In this document: positions 27,520-42,874 of the stretch, one piece after another
Position numbering within the stretch: the first letter of the stretch is position 1
Layout of the letters: the number at the start of each line of letters is the position of its first letter
From: the human T2T-CHM13v2.0 reference genome, Homo sapiens
Reading direction: 5' to 3' (one strand)
Assembly (NCBI RefSeq): GCF_009914755.1
Contig: NC_060937.1
DNA length: 64,000 nt
Made by a program: the position numbers and the translations under genes
The notes under the pieces: model-generated
Told to the model about the DNA's origin: nothing
Databases searched by the model: none
Seen by the model: only the letters and a program-made list of their open reading frames with translations

Positions 27520-27742
27520 TACATATATATTTATATATACATATATACACATATATATTTATATATATACATATATAATACATAATAATTATATATATTA
27601 TATATTATATTAATACATAATATATTATATAATATAAAATATATAAAATAATATATAGTATATAAAATAAAATGCATATATAAGATATATAATATGCTAT
27701 ATATTATATATTATATCGTATATAATATATTTATATATATAT
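27520..27742. repeat. Degenerate (TA)n/AT-rich microsatellite
   Basis: About 220 bp of almost pure A/T alternation. Confidence 0.9.
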
Positions 27743-28919
27743 GGACAGAGTCACACACATATTTGTAATGTTATTTTATCTTCTAATTTAGTGTTGTTAT
27801 TCACTCTAGCTTTAAGAATCCTTGCTTCAACAATTTCAATGTTTATATAAGGACATTTTAAGTAAATTTCTGTTTTCTCCAAGTGACCTTTCTTTAACGT
27901 CACATGAATTTAAAAAAAATGCAAGACAGAAAAAAAAGTTTGTTCTCAAAATTACTTTGTTGTTTATTTTTCAAAATTCTAACCACCGCAATTTTTGTTT
28001 ACCTCATATATATATATATATTCCACAAAGTAAAGTTTCTATGGAAATCTGTGTGCTAATCTGTTTTTACTAAAGTCAAGAAGAATATGTAGTTTATACT
28101 TTAGTAAGTGTTTCATGGTAAACTTTCAGAAATGTATGCCTAGATTAAAAAATTGGCAGATAATACATTTTTTATTCTGATACTAAAATTTTAATTCAGC
28201 TTTTTGTATTATGCAATGGCTTCCAGGCAAAGCTTGTTTATTTTTTTCCCTCAGAAATTGCCTCCAGAGATATAATTCTTAAACTATACTAAATTAACGT
28301 TACTGCTGTTTTATGAAAGCCATGATTATTCTTAATATACTCATTTGTCTGTTTGTGGTTCTATTGGGATAGAAATACTGTTGGCTTTAGAAAGACCTTC
28401 TGCCATGGTTACAGAGTCCTGCTGTGAAGTTTAAAATGTGTGTAATTCTGCAATATTTGTGAAAATAATCACACTGTTTACATGCAGTGATAATGTTAAC
28501 AAAACTAGGTCATCATCTTTAAACAAATGTTTAACCCTATTAGCGGAATACATATTCACTGTTGAAATAATTTGCTAATTGCCTTCCCTTGATTCAGATA
28601 CTCATCGGAATTTGATCTTTTATTCATTGTATACATTGCTTTATTTAGGCTTAATAATACTTTTACATTTAAATAATATTTATTCTTATGAATTTTAAGA
28701 TAATATTTAAGGCAATACATGCTGGGCATGCATCAGAATAAAAATATATTTTTAGATATTTCTGAATACGCACACATAAATCAGATTATACTCACATATT
28801 ATATTTTAAATTGTGTAATTTTATTTGATATGCTTTGCACATTATTCTAAGTACTTTGATAAAATAATTGTTAGGATTGTACTGAGTTTTATTTTATTAT
28901 TTAAGAATTGAACTATAAT

Positions 28920-29170
28920 AGGATAGTTAAAAGCATAAGTTGTGGGATCTTAAAAACTTATAATAACCTTTTGACTCCAGCACCTACATTTTAGACATGT
29001 AATTTACTTCCTTACACCTGTTTTCTTTTCTGTAAAATAAAAATAGTTATAACTACCTATGTACATTGTTGTGTTGACTAGTGAAACAATGCTTATAAAG
29101 TACATATGGAAATTCTATAAAATACAAAGTACTCAGTACACACTAGCTCTTCTCATAATAGTAGCTATTA
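28920..29170 (+). mobile_element. MIR
   Basis: 'ttcttttctgtaaaataaaaatagttataactacc...cttataaagtac...aagtactcagta'. Confidence 0.55.
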
Positions 29171-29376
29171 TTTTAATCAATTCCTACCATTGTACATGGC
29201 ACTGTTTAAAATTTCTTACAATTTTAGGTAATCTTTTGTCATAAAATGTTGAACATGAAACTATAGAAATAGAAATCATGGTTTAAAACATACTACTAAA
29301 GAGTCTTAATTAATTATGGAAGATTACCTTTGATACATGCTGCAATGATTTAGAGTTGTCTCTGACTGTATGGGAG

Positions 29377-29754
29377 TGATATGGTTTGGCTCTGTGTTTC
29401 CACCCAAATCTCATGTTGAATTGTACTCTGCATTGTTGAGAGAGGGGCCTGTTGGGAGTTGATTAAATCATGGGGGTGGATTTCCCCCTTGCTGTTCTCA
29501 TGATAGTGAGTTATCATGAGATCTGGTTGTTTGACAGTGTGTAGCACTACCCCTTTCGTGCTCTCTCTCTCTTTCCTACTGCCATGTGGAGAAGGTGCTT
29601 GCTTCCCCTTTCCCCTTCCACTATGATTGTAAGTTTCCTGATGCTTCCACAGACATTCTTCCTTTACAGCCTGTGAGTCAATCAAACTTCTTTTCTTCAT
29701 AAATTACCCAGCCTCAGGTAATTCTTTATAGCAGTGTGAGAATGGACTACTACA
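29377..29754 (+). mobile_element. MSTA-like MaLR solo LTR with a perfect 5-bp TSD
   Basis: TGATATGGTTTGGCTCTGTG...GAATGGACTACTACA, flanked by gggag at 29372-29376 and 29755-29759. Confidence 0.92.
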
Positions 29755-32620
29755 GGGAGCTTCCTCCATCTGATATGATACAGAGTTTTGACATTTTAAA
29801 CAATACCATTGGAAATTTGAGCAATATAGTGTCTCCTTATTTAAAAACGAATTTCTTTTATTTTGAATGAATAAGCTTTTATGTAAATACTTTCCATGCA
29901 GAATTTAGTGTTTATATGTGAACTGTCTAGCTTGTATACATAGTTACTATTTATATCATCATAAAAATATCACTTTTTTATTATGTTGCAAATAGTTTCC
30001 CCAATTTATTTCCTCGTGAATTTTTTTCTGATATTTTTTAAAATGTGGTATTATTTTGGCCATTTATTATTTTATTACAAAGTACACATATGCTACATAT
30101 AGTTAATTATAAAAATAACACGTGAAAAATCAAAATAAATACCTTTATTAAGTGATAATAATTGTTTAAATGTAAATAATTTTCATTTCAGACACCCTCA
30201 GGTGTCCATTGGTTATTCTGATATACCTAGAGGAATCTAGGTGGAATGAATGCTCTTCATAATTACACAGTCTACCCACTAGTTTTATATCAATTTAAAA
30301 CATTACTATGAGGAATTTAAAAAGAAATGAGTATGTTTTTTATTCTTAAATTTTTTAAAAAAGTCAGAGGCACTATTATCCTGTACTACTGATCTTGTTG
30401 ATTATCTTGTGTTTATAATCATGGCCCTACAGCAGCCTAGCCACCTTCATGGGACTATTTGGAATGAATGTCTATGGATGGAGATGAAACTAATGGCTTC
30501 TATGCACCTCGATGGCACTGCTTTTGAACAACCTTGCCCAGTTGCCACTCATTTGGAAATGGAGGAAGGGATCAAGTTCTGTCTGAAACTGTATACAGTT
30601 CTAAAATTACTCCTCTGATTTAAGGCTTGGTCTTTTAATATACTTGCCTTCTGTTAACTAGGGCACAGTCAGCTCTCCTCCAAGACATTTGTAGAAATAG
30701 TGTTGACACACACACACACAGTTTTAATGTGTGTATATTTTAACTTTAATAACAATCACATATTGTGACACCAACATATATGTACCTATGTGCCTAATAT
30801 ATATACACAAAGTTTAATGTCATAAAGTTCTATGAAATTAATGTACTTTGTTTTACCTAACCAATAATTTAATGATAAACATTGTTTCAAAATTATAAAG
30901 ATCCTCATATTTTATGCAAATTTTAAAAATATAGGCATTATTTTATGATATTTTTATCTATCTGAAGGTATCCTTGGGGAATTTGTTCAATATTTTAGAT
31001 CACATGAAAGGAACATTTAAAATGTGATAAATAATAAAACAACTAATGCTTCTAATAGCTAACACTAAGAACGTGCTGTTTTAATCCTACAGCACTATTA
31101 TAGCCAAAACCATTCCATTCATACACTCTTTCAAATAAAATAAAATAAAGGAAATGGAAAAAGAAAGAAAAACTTGTGATAAATTGATTTGCTTTATTAA
31201 TATGGCCTCCAGAATAATTGCAAAAATTGCATGCTAGCCAGTGGTTGTTTGATAGTCTATGTAGTTGCTATCAAAAGTTCTTTATGAAACCATTTCATTT
31301 TTTCAGATACGATACATTATTTTTAAATTGTATTTCTTGCATAAGTAAGGATATTGAATGTATTTTATACTTTTTAGTCATTTAAATTTCTAATTTTTGA
31401 ATTACTGATATTCTTTAACCATTTTTCTTTATATTGTTGATAATCTCTTTTGTACTTGTAAATGATCCATGCACAGTAATGATTTATCCTGCTGAATATC
31501 AAACCATAATAAACACTTTACTAGTATTTCCAATGCATTGCAAATCTTATTTCTAAATCTTAGGTTAATATTTTTATTTTTACTCATAAAGCTTTTTGTA
31601 AAATTCTTACTTTGGCAAAATTATTACATTTTATTTTTATCTTGTGATTCCTAGCTCTGATGTCTTATATAGGAAGACTTTTCCACATTTTTTTTTTGTT
31701 TTTTGCATGTGTATTTTTGTGTGTAAGTGAACACAGAGATAAATATTTGTAGAGAGATTAAGCTCTTTGTGGTTAGTTTTCCCAGTGTGATTAATTGAAT
31801 AATTATTAAAAACAATGTAGGAAAAGGGGACAATGAGAAATTTTAAAAATTAAGTGTGTCTGTAGGATATCTTGACTTAAGACTCTATGGTATCTCTTTA
31901 TTGTCCTTGCAAATGTATTTTATTTCCAGTTGAACTTCTCTGCTTTTCCAATTTCTTGGTCTTGAGTCTGTTTCAAACTGGATCTCTTGAATGGTAATTT
32001 CCATACGCATATCCTTCAGGTGCTATTTTACCCACACTCCATAATTGTCAACTAGGTAATCCTAACTACACATAAATTCATCATCTGCCTCACATGACAT
32101 CTACTCATTCCCACAGAGCCCAATGTCTGCCCATAAGAGGCACCCCACTCAGCTCGGCCACAGGGTATGTAGCAGCTCTCCCTGCCACTTGTCATTCTTG
32201 CATAATCAGATAATTTTTTGCTTAATGGATGGAGGTAATATGCATGTGTGCTGGGTCTCAACTGGGATCTGAATTATGACCCAGCTTGTCCTTCAGATTC
32301 AACTGTTTTTTTTTTTTTTTTTTTTCCAGCCTGGGGACCTCTATTATTTCCCACAAAAGAAGGTTACATGAGATTACTCCAAGCATCTGAAGTTCTAAAA
32401 TAAAAATACTGTTTTTCTTAATGGATCAATGCAGGATTAAATGTCTGTGTTTTGCATAAGTGAATGATAAACAATAGTGCTTGCACTTTCCTAAAGTTTT
32501 AGAGGGCTTCTTAGAAATAGTATCTGCCAAATCTAGGAAGTCCAATCTCTAGAATTCTCATGAAGTCTATTATTTCTGGAAGTGTAGCTGGGCACCCTCA
32601 CAAGCATGGTAGATTTTTGC

Positions 32621-33090
32621 TGTTGAAAAACAACACACAGTGTCTCATGCACTTCTGTAATTCTTATTAAGAGACACTGACAACTTTTGTTCAAGAATGC
32701 TTGTATAGCAAACACCTTTGAAAGGTAGAGATAATGTCTTTCTCTAGGGCCGGGGACATAGTTTTGTTTTCTTGATGAAGACAATAAACATAAATCTTTC
32801 TCCAGGGAAAATATTGAGTAGGCTTGCTAACATTCCCTTCATAAAATTGAGGTTTCCTAAATTTCAGGTTGCTCAACTGTGACCTAAACCTACTGTGTGT
32901 GCAGCATCTACCATTAGAAGCAAGGGAAATTGTTGCAAACACAAATGTCATGGTTTCTATTCTGCTGAGAGAAATGAAATCCTTTGTTTCTGACACAGGA
33001 GTCTTATGTCTTTTGCCAACATCTGTGAAACTGTGCTACTACTTGCTATTGTAGAATTGAATGGTAGAATCTGAGACCATTCAAATAATT
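32621..33090 (+). mobile_element. LTR40-like ERVL solo LTR
   Basis: 'tgttg...gacactgacaacttttgttc...ttgtatagcaaacacc...agagataatgtc...ctgacacaggagtcttatgtc'. Similar to the 26660 copy. Confidence 0.7.
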
Positions 33091-35085
33091 AACTAATTCA
33101 GATGATTGGAAAGGTCTCAATTGAAAGACAACTAATTTCTACATCATCTTTGGGAATAAACCCCCAATTAGCATGCAAAGTAGAGTGGGCAAAAATACTG
33201 TGGAGGAGCCAGGTATATTTAAAAAGGCAAGTAAACTAGGTTACATAAGATTTAAAAAATAACAGAGAAAATAGGCAAATGTGACAATTCTGCCTGCATA
33301 TTTACTTCTTAATAATCTGCTTCTATTTATTTTCTAATTTATTTAACATTCTTCCGGTCAAAGAAACTACATAATTAGGCTGAACTTGGCTTAAACACTG
33401 GCAATTTTTGAATTTACAGCTGAAGTTTTACATTGTGTGATAAGTCCTTATGTTTCCTAGCTAAAAGTGCTTAATTTTTGCTACTAGAAGAAGGAGATCC
33501 AAAGAAAGCATTTTTTAAAAACTGCTTGCTCCTACTTCTCTTTCTAGGTATCCTCCAGAAAACCGAGAGAATTTGAAGTGCTCAAAAATTGTTTAAAAGC
33601 TTTCACTAACCCACTATTTTTTCCTTCTTCAGGCTGCTACATTTGGTAAAGACTATAAATATTCCATATTACTTTTACAATTTAGTCTCATAGGTTTCAA
33701 TGATACTGCTGAAATCAGCAGTCAAGCTTGAGAAGACATCTACCCCTTGAACATCAGATATTCCATAAAGTCAACATATTTGTATCAGTATTATTGCTAA
33801 ATTGTTAATTTGTAATCAAGTCATAGCATAGTTCATGTACCACATAAAAGTCATTAGTAATGTGTAATAAATAAAAGTTTAAGCCCAGAAATTGTCTGGA
33901 AGGAAAAAAATTATTCTATTTTACATGACTCAAGCTAATTTTGCTTTTATGCCTCCTCCACCAATTTGATGGAACATTTTAAGTTCAGGCATTCTTAGGG
34001 ATTCTCTCCTTCCCATGCACTTAATATTTCCCAAGGTTCCAAAGTGTTATGCAGTACTCAAGTGTTGGAATGGCTCCCAGTCATCTGTCCATATATTCCA
34101 TAGATTTCTGAAGTGCCCATTTCCCAGATCAACTCAGGCTTTCATGTCTGGCGACTCCTTCCTTGATGTTACTTTGACATGCTTGGAAATAGACAATCTA
34201 TTTCCAAGGCTATCATTTGGGTAGAATGCAACATTCTTTTCTTAGGCTTTCTTCAGGTTTCTGAGGAAGCCTGAAGACCATATTTTTATCTTCTGCACTC
34301 TTATTTCATGCTTCCTATTTGCTCTCCTATTTGCTAATGCTTCCCCCCCTTTTTTTTCAATGAGTAAATGAAATTTTACATTAAATCTACTTCCTTATGT
34401 TTGCACCATTATTTTTTCTCTTACAGTTCCCCAGATTCTCTTTTTACTTAGGTTTCAAATCATCTAAGTTTCTCTTTGAGCAGACACAAAATGTTGGGTT
34501 ATGTTTGGTTTCCACCTATCCCTGAGGAGCTGAACAAAGGGTTTACTACCTATGCAAATGGGGGTCAGGTAAAGGCGAAATACAGAAAGAATAACTATGT
34601 AAAAGACTATCTGTTAGTATCATCCTTTTATATGTTTATTTTCTGTATTATTTATTTAATAATTACACACCCACACATACACACACACACAAGTTCAATT
34701 ATCTTTTCTCTAAATGCTACTTTGGCAGTATCCCTTAGATTCAGAATTGATGTAGAGTAATTTATTACCATAGTATTTCAAATATACTGGATTCGTGGGT
34801 TGAATTCTCTCTTTGACCAAAAAGCTGGTTGTAAAAGAGTTGATTTTAAGTTAGTATTTATAAACGTTCAAGTGCTTGTTCTTGCTGCTCCATTTACATA
34901 TTTTTATATTAATATCCAGTTTTGTTGTATTGAAAATATATTTTGATTATATCTTCTTTAAAAATTTTACATTTTTTGGCCTATTACTGAGTCATTTTTT
35001 AAAAAGGAGTTTGATGTTCATTAGAAGAGAAAGATCATTTTCTGGTTATGAGACAAAGAGTTTCAGACATAACCTAAATGTCTAG

Positions 35086-35349
<264 letters not shown>

Positions 35350-37333
35350 TAAAGCCTGAGATATATGAACCAAGCATTCCCCCTATTATTTTATTCTGGT
35401 ATTTTTAAATTTTATAAATTGAGCATTGCATACTCCAGCTTGAATGTTGCAGAATAATTTATACATCCTCTGAGAGAAGAGTCTTGCATTCACTTATTTC
35501 AATTACATAAACAATGTTCTAGTGAGGAAGATGGCATTCCCTTAGGCCCTTTTACTTATGTTAGACTCTACTATTCTGAGATCAAGTTGGAAATTTGTTT
35601 CTATTAAATTTGCATTACAAGATAAGTAAGACAATGGAGTGGAGAAAGGGAGGGAAAAATGAAGCTGTAGTGTGGGCAGCCCTGTAATTGGATTGTTATC
35701 TTTGTAATGTTTTACTTGGTCTGTATTTAACCTGCCACTTATCAACTGTCTGTTTCTATCTAGCCTCTGTACCTCTTCCTTATTTACACAACCCAACAGC
35801 ACTCTACCACCAGAATCTTTTGGCTTTGTGTATTGTAAACTAAATAAATTTGAGATGCTTTGTTATCACTTAAAGATTCATGTCAGTATGATATCTATAG
35901 AACACACAAGTGCACATATGTGTCCAACAACAGACTGGATCTCTCATAAAACATACATCTTTACGACAGTCCTACAAAATGTGGAAAAAAATTACATTGC
36001 AGAAAACATAGTTAAACTCAATTAAAATTCTGTTTCTCTATCTGTCTTTAACAAATCACAATGGCTCACAGCAACTCTCCAGATCTCATCTCTTCCAGCT
36101 TACAACCTGTGTTGCTGTTCTCTTCACTTTTTAAAGCCTCTCATTTCATTTAGTATTCTTTTTTCTGTATTTTATTTTCCAGAAAATACTGCTTGTGGTT
36201 TTTTTTGGTAAAATGATATTTTTCCACTTCTTTCTATTTTTTTTGTGATATCACATGTCTATTAACTAATTTCGGTGTGTAATGTAGGTGGTCAGTAGAT
36301 GTATTTTCTTCCCAATTCATTTACTTATTAAGTAAATCATAATAAATAATTTCTATTGCCACTGCTTTCACACATTATATACTACTTTAAAACAAATACA
36401 AGTTCCATAATTATTTTATTAACTGAACAAATACGGGTTCAGCCATTACTATATTCTAGATTTCATAGTGGAATAAGAGCTAGAGTTATAACATTATAAG
36501 TAGGTAGCATTAGTTATGTGTTCTTCTGAGGATAATAGACAATACCAGGCAGAACAAATAATAAAATAATTATGTATGAAAGCGATGGATATGAAAGAAT
36601 AACATGGTTCTATGATAGGAATAAATATAAGAGTGAGGGGACTATGGCAGAAGAAACATTGACAAGTGCTAAGAATTCACAATAAGGGCACTTTCTTACT
36701 GTCTATAAGCTCCAAAATCAGCCTTGTCCTGGGCTTTCCCTTCTACATTAAGACTTGATAACCAATTATTAATTTTCATTTTAAACACTTTGATATCCTT
36801 GCTCATTAATTATGAAATAATATCTCAAGAACTACTATTAATGTATATAAGATGACTTATTTTGAAGGAAATCTGTAAAGTGTGTTGTATCCAATTTAAC
36901 TACTTTGATAATTTTTAAACCTTTAGGTATGCAGTTTAAAATAGTGTCATATGCAATTATTTTGAATTGCATATTAAAAATATGATATCATTTATTTTCA
37001 TCTAAATTTATCATTTAGATTTCAAAATGTCTTTTAGAAAATGTGGCTAGAATTTCACTGAGGGTAAGTTGATTATTTTTAATCTGGTGACTATACCAGA
37101 AGAGAGGTTTTTCTGCACTATATATGTATATTGTTATTCTTTTGCATCTGAATCAAAATTTTATGAATTATTACTATTTCATAAATAGAATAAAATGTTA
37201 TATGTAATGTTAATATATAATTACTCTTCATAATGTATTGAGTTTTAGAATATTTTTTTTGTCAGCATCATGGACAGTTTTAAATAATTTTATAATGAAT
37301 TAAATGTATGTGTCACTCATAAATTCATATTCG

Positions 37334-39478
37334 TACAGTGAACTTAACAAATGTGTGTGCTCTGCTACACTGACTGGCCATTCGCCTGTCTCTTTCCCTC
37401 TATTCCGGCCTCCCTCTTTGATGAAACACAAAAGTACGTCAATTAATAAACCTACAATGGCCTTCAAATGTTAAAGAAAGGGTCAAAATCTTTCACTTTG
37501 AATCAAAAGCTAAAAATGATTAAGCTTAGTAAGGTAGGCATGTCAAAAGCTGAGACAGGTCAAAAGCTAGGCTTCTTTTATCAAACACTTAGCCAAGTTG
37601 CCAATACAAATGAAAAGTTCATGAAAGAAATTAAAAGCACTATTCCAGTAAACACATGGATGTTAAGAAAGTGAGATAGCCTTACTATAGATATGGAGGA
37701 AGCCTTAGTGGTCTGAATTAATATAAAGTCAGCCACAATATACCCTTAATCCAAAGCCTAATCCAGAGCAAGGCCCTAATTCTCTTCAATTCTTTGATGC
37801 CTACGAGAGGTGAACAAGCTGCAGAAGAAAAGTTTGAAGCTAGCAGAGGTTGGTTCATGAAGTTTAAGTAAAGAAGCCATTTTCATAACATAAAAGTGCA
37901 AAGTGAAACAACAAGTGCTGATGTAGAAGCAGCAGCAAGTTATCCAGTGTACCTAGCTAAGATGATAGATGAAGGTGACTGTATTAAACAGTACAATTTC
38001 TATGTGTAAGAAACAGCCTTATATTTAAAGAAAATGCAATCCAGGGCTTTCATACCTAGAGAGGAGAAGCAAATTCCCACCTTCAAAGCTTCAATGGACA
38101 GGCTGATTTTCTTGTTAGGGGCAAATGCAACTAATGTCCTCCAGTTGACGCCAATGCTCATTTATCATTATGAAAATTCCAGGGCTCTTAAGAATCAAAT
38201 ACACTCAGCCTGTGCTCTATAAATGGAACAACAAAGCCTGTATGAAAGCACATTTCTTTACAGCGTGGTTTATTGACTATTTTAAGCCCACAGTTGACAC
38301 TGAAAAAGTGTCAGAAAAAGCTCAGAAAAAGAAGATTCCTGTTCTTCTTTTAGCAGTAACAAAATATTACTGCTTGTTGACAACACATATTCACCCAAGA
38401 GCTCTAATGGAGATGTACAAGAAGACTGATGTTCTTTCCCGCCTGTTAACATAACATTCATTCTGAAGGCCTGGTGAACAAGAATTCATTTTGACTTTCA
38501 AGTCGTATTATTTTTAAAAAATGATTCGTATATAGTAACTATAGTTACCATAGACAAGAATTTCTCTGGTGGATCTGTGAAGAGTAAAGTGAAAACATTC
38601 TAGAAAGATTTTACCTTTCTAGATGTCATTAAGAACATTTGTAATTCATGAGAGGAGGTCAACATACTATTAACAGGAGTTTGGAAGAAGTTGATTCCAA
38701 CCCTCATGCATGACTTTGAGGAATTTAAGAACTTCATAGGAAAAAATAAATAAACAAAGACTTCAGTGGCCAATGTAACTGCAAATGTGGTGGACATAGT
38801 CAAAGAACTAGAATTGCCAATGGAGCCTGAGGATGTGACTGAATTGCTGCAATCTCATAATAAAACTTGAACAGATGAGGAGTTGTTCCTTATGGATAAG
38901 CAAAAAAGTCATTTCTTGAGATGAAATATCTGCCTGCTGACATGCCATGAAAATTATTGAAGTGACAACAACATGTATAGAGTATTTCTTAAACTTAGTT
39001 GATAAAGCAGGAGCAGAGTTTAAGAAGTTTGACTTCAATTTTGAAAGAAGTTCTACTGTGGGAAAAATGCAATCAAACACCACTGCACACTGCAAAGAAA
39101 TTTTTAATGAAAGGTGAAGTCAATAAATGTGGTAAACTTTATTGTTGTCCTATTGTCATAGCCACCCCAACCTTCAACCACTACAACCCTGATAAATCAA
39201 CAGCCATCAACACTGAGACAAGACCCTCCACACGCACAAAAATTACAATTCACTGAAGGATCAAATGATCACTAGCATTTTTACTAATAAAGTATTATTA
39301 AATTAATATATCTTTTTTTGAAACATAATGATATTGTACATTTAATAGATTGCCTAATAGTGTAAACATAACTTTTTGTATACTGAGAAACCTAAAAATG
39401 TGTGTGACTCTCTATTCTGATATTCACTTTTTTGCAGTGGTATTGAACTAAACCTGTAATGTCTCCAGGGTATGCCTG
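37334..39478 (+). mobile_element. Tigger1 DNA transposon, 5'-truncated, decayed transposase
   Basis: ORF 37468 (FTLNQKLKMIKLSKVGMSKAETGQKLG) is the CENP-B/pogo-type HTH of Tigger1, with DDE-region fragments downstream. 3' TIR '...tctccagggtatgcctg' followed by TA. Confidence 0.95.
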
Positions 39479-42400
39479 TATGTTAGTAGATGCTGAAATG
39501 GCATTTGGGAAAAATAACTGAAATATTACTTGTATACATTCAATAAATAATGCAAAAAACACTATTTGAGCTTGAAGTGAATAAATAATGTTGGGTTTGA
39601 GTTATTTTGGTAAATTTCAAGTGATTTTTGATTGGTGGTTTGTCAGCATGTTTTTAGTTGAGTTAATATTCCCAGAGGACTACAGCAGCTTAAGGAGGAA
39701 TGAATTAAAAAGAAAACATATTATTCTAGGATATGAAATACAAAATAGATTTAAAGTTATATATCAGTGATAAAATAAGAAGAATATTAGAGCATGCAAA
39801 AACTAGAGATGAAGTGAAGTGAGTGCAAGCATTTCAACAGTAATCCTGGAAGCAAAATAAAATAAAAAATGTATACAAATCTATCAATTGTGTTATACTG
39901 TTTAAAAATCATCTTTTTAAACTGTTACAAATGAAGAATATTCAGTAGAGCTTAATATGCAACCTCATTTGTGAAAAGGATGGGGATCACAAAAGACTGA
40001 CAGAACTATTTCTATTCTACACAAGATAACCTATTTAGAAAGTGATTATTCGCAATTATATAAAGAGGTTTCTTTTAAAGATTCTTTCTTCAAAACTTCT
40101 GAAGGAAATAAAAGGAAAGGGTTTCTATGACAGTAGATAAAATGCCCATTGTGTGAAACATACATATTTTCTTTGAAGACATTTTCTGCCATGATGATCA
40201 GACAAATATTTTATATGATAGCTTGGACAAGAGTTTACAGAAAGTAATTACTTTTTGAGCAATATGAAACTTTGTAGCTATTGATATAAAAGGCTATTTG
40301 AATGTTACATATAAAATTATTGCAGGTACACTTAATCTAATTGCAAGGATTACTCTGTTTTTGTTTCCATGCTATGGAACTTACAGATGTATAGGTTTCT
40401 ATAAAAGTATTTATTGATTGTAGAGTGTAATATTCACTCATGAAAATGGAAACTTGAACAGAAAAATGTGAAAATAAATAAAAGAATAATATTAATAACA
40501 TTGTGAAAAACCTATTTAAGCTATTATTTTGTTTTTCTTTCTTTAAAATAGGGAAGTAGGGATACATTTTTAGACCTTTTAATTATTTATCCTTAAAATA
40601 AAACACCAGCAAATGAAATCTATTGCATATTTATAGGCGATGTCATAAGTATCATCTGAGAATTTTATGTCTACTTGCAGCTATACAAATGATTAAAATT
40701 GAAGGATTTCTAAAGACAGTGCAAAAACATTCCAGAGACATTCTATAGGTAAAATGCAGTCAAGACTTGAAATTGAAAAGGCAGATATTATACTTTATTT
40801 TTAAAATTTTAACATTTATGCTTCCATTCTCAATATTCCCTCTTTTGTTTTCTAGGCATTTTCAATCTCTTTTGAAAGCAGTAAGAAATGGTGGTCAATT
40901 GTGTTGTAGGTGCCATACTCAGTGATGTTTTCTTAGTTATTTCTTCATGTTCATTGATGATCACCCTTTCCACTATTTTCTTCTCTTTTCCTACTGTGCT
41001 TCATCTCACAGTTGCTCTCATTACCTCACTTCCAAATACCTCATTGGTACTTAACATAAGTCAACCATTTGAAGAGGAAAAAATGTGACCTTGTCTTGTC
41101 AGTAACTGCTATATCTAATATCTAGATATGAGGCATCCCACTCTCTGCTTATCATATTCTATCATTCACTTGCTTTAGGACTCACTCCATTCCTACATTC
41201 TTAGTATCTTCTCACTCTGTCTCTCCATCTCGCACATTGGATAAACACAAACATTTTTGCAAGTTAATCTCACAAAATCATGGGTAATATTGGATTGATT
41301 ATTGTACCTTAGTATGTTGTTGTTGTAAGAGAGTTTATATATTTAAAATGTATAATACAGTCCTTGATAGAATAATTATTAGTAATTATTAATAGTAATA
41401 TTAGTTGAATTTTCACAAACACCTGAGCAATTGATTGCACCTGGAGAAAGCACATATTTATGTTGAGTGATCATCCCTAATTTATTATGAAAGATCTCAA
41501 ACAGTCACTCAACACAGCCTACCAACCCCTACTGCCCTGCACGAGGGTGTATGCTCTCCCAGACTCTCCAATAACTATTTGTACTCCGTCTCTTTTCTCC
41601 TCAAACTTCCCATACATTTTATCACTTCTTACGTTGAATGATATTGCCTTTCATTTCCTTCAAATATAGATATTATAATAGGTATCTGCATAGATATTGA
41701 TAACATGTAAAAACTTAGATAGTAATGTCCTCTTCCAAGCACCAAATGTAGCAAACCACCTGCATCTCATTCATGCTCTGCTGCACTTTCTGTGTCCCTT
41801 AACTCATGCCACATGCCAGAGGCTATCTTGTATTCATGAGCTTTGAAATGATCTATTTTCACCTTCTCTGGGACATTTAATTCTATAAATATAGTCCCTT
41901 CTTCTAAATCACCCTTTAATCCTCTGTGCTAGAGCAATGACATCAACAAATTTCAAATATTACATGGATTTCTAAAAGTGCAGATGCACAATATAATTTA
42001 AATCACTCCTTTGAATTTTTCCAACTTTTAGGAGGCATAGTCAAGATTTATGAAGTTTTTAATACAAAGATGCTGAGTCTGGATTGGGGCCAGGAAAAAG
42101 GTCAGCCTTCCTTCATGTTTGTTGGATACTCGTGAATATATTACCACCTTCTCACTATGGATCAGGGCCACACTTTCAAATTCCTTCTAATGTATTCTCA
42201 ACTTACTTTTAAAAACTGTCAGAGTATTATATTATCTCTAAAGTAGATTACAAAAATACCAGTGCCAAAGAGTATTTCAAGTTGATCAACCTCTGTTCAT
42301 GCTTTCCAGCCTCCCAATCCTACTTCTCTGCTCCAGGTTTTCTTGTTCAGATTTTTTTAAAGCCCAATCACTAATTAAAGACAGCAAGACTCTTTGTGAT

Positions 42401-42874
42401 GTTTTAGCTTTAAGTAATCTAGAGAGCTGATGTTAACTAATAAACTGGCAAATAAATTGAATTAAAAAACAAAAAATAATTATAAATACTACCAAAATAT
42501 CCACACTAATACAATAAGAATACAGTTCTATCAATAGTTATATTTCATTATAAAATAGAACTAATTAAAACCAATTCCTCCGAAGAGATTCTAATACTTA
42601 GTGAAAATAATTTTTTTATTCTTCTCAAGTTTTCAATTAATTACAACAGAGATTGCAAACTAAAATATGAAGAAAGCCAGTCAAAAAATTTAAATGAATA
42701 AAGAGAGCTTGGGAAGAGGTCTATTTTTAATTATGAGCATATGCCCTCTCTAGAAAAAGCGACTAATAGTTGATTATTAACTGATTATTTTTATAAGAGA
42801 AAATAGACCAGGTTTACTATTAATGTATGGAGCTTAAATTCAAATATACTTATTTTTAAAATATTGGTTAATAT

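Noticed and set aside
37468-39256. Possible domesticated TIGD-like transposase gene
   Set aside because: Many stops and frameshifts. It is an ordinary decayed Tigger1.
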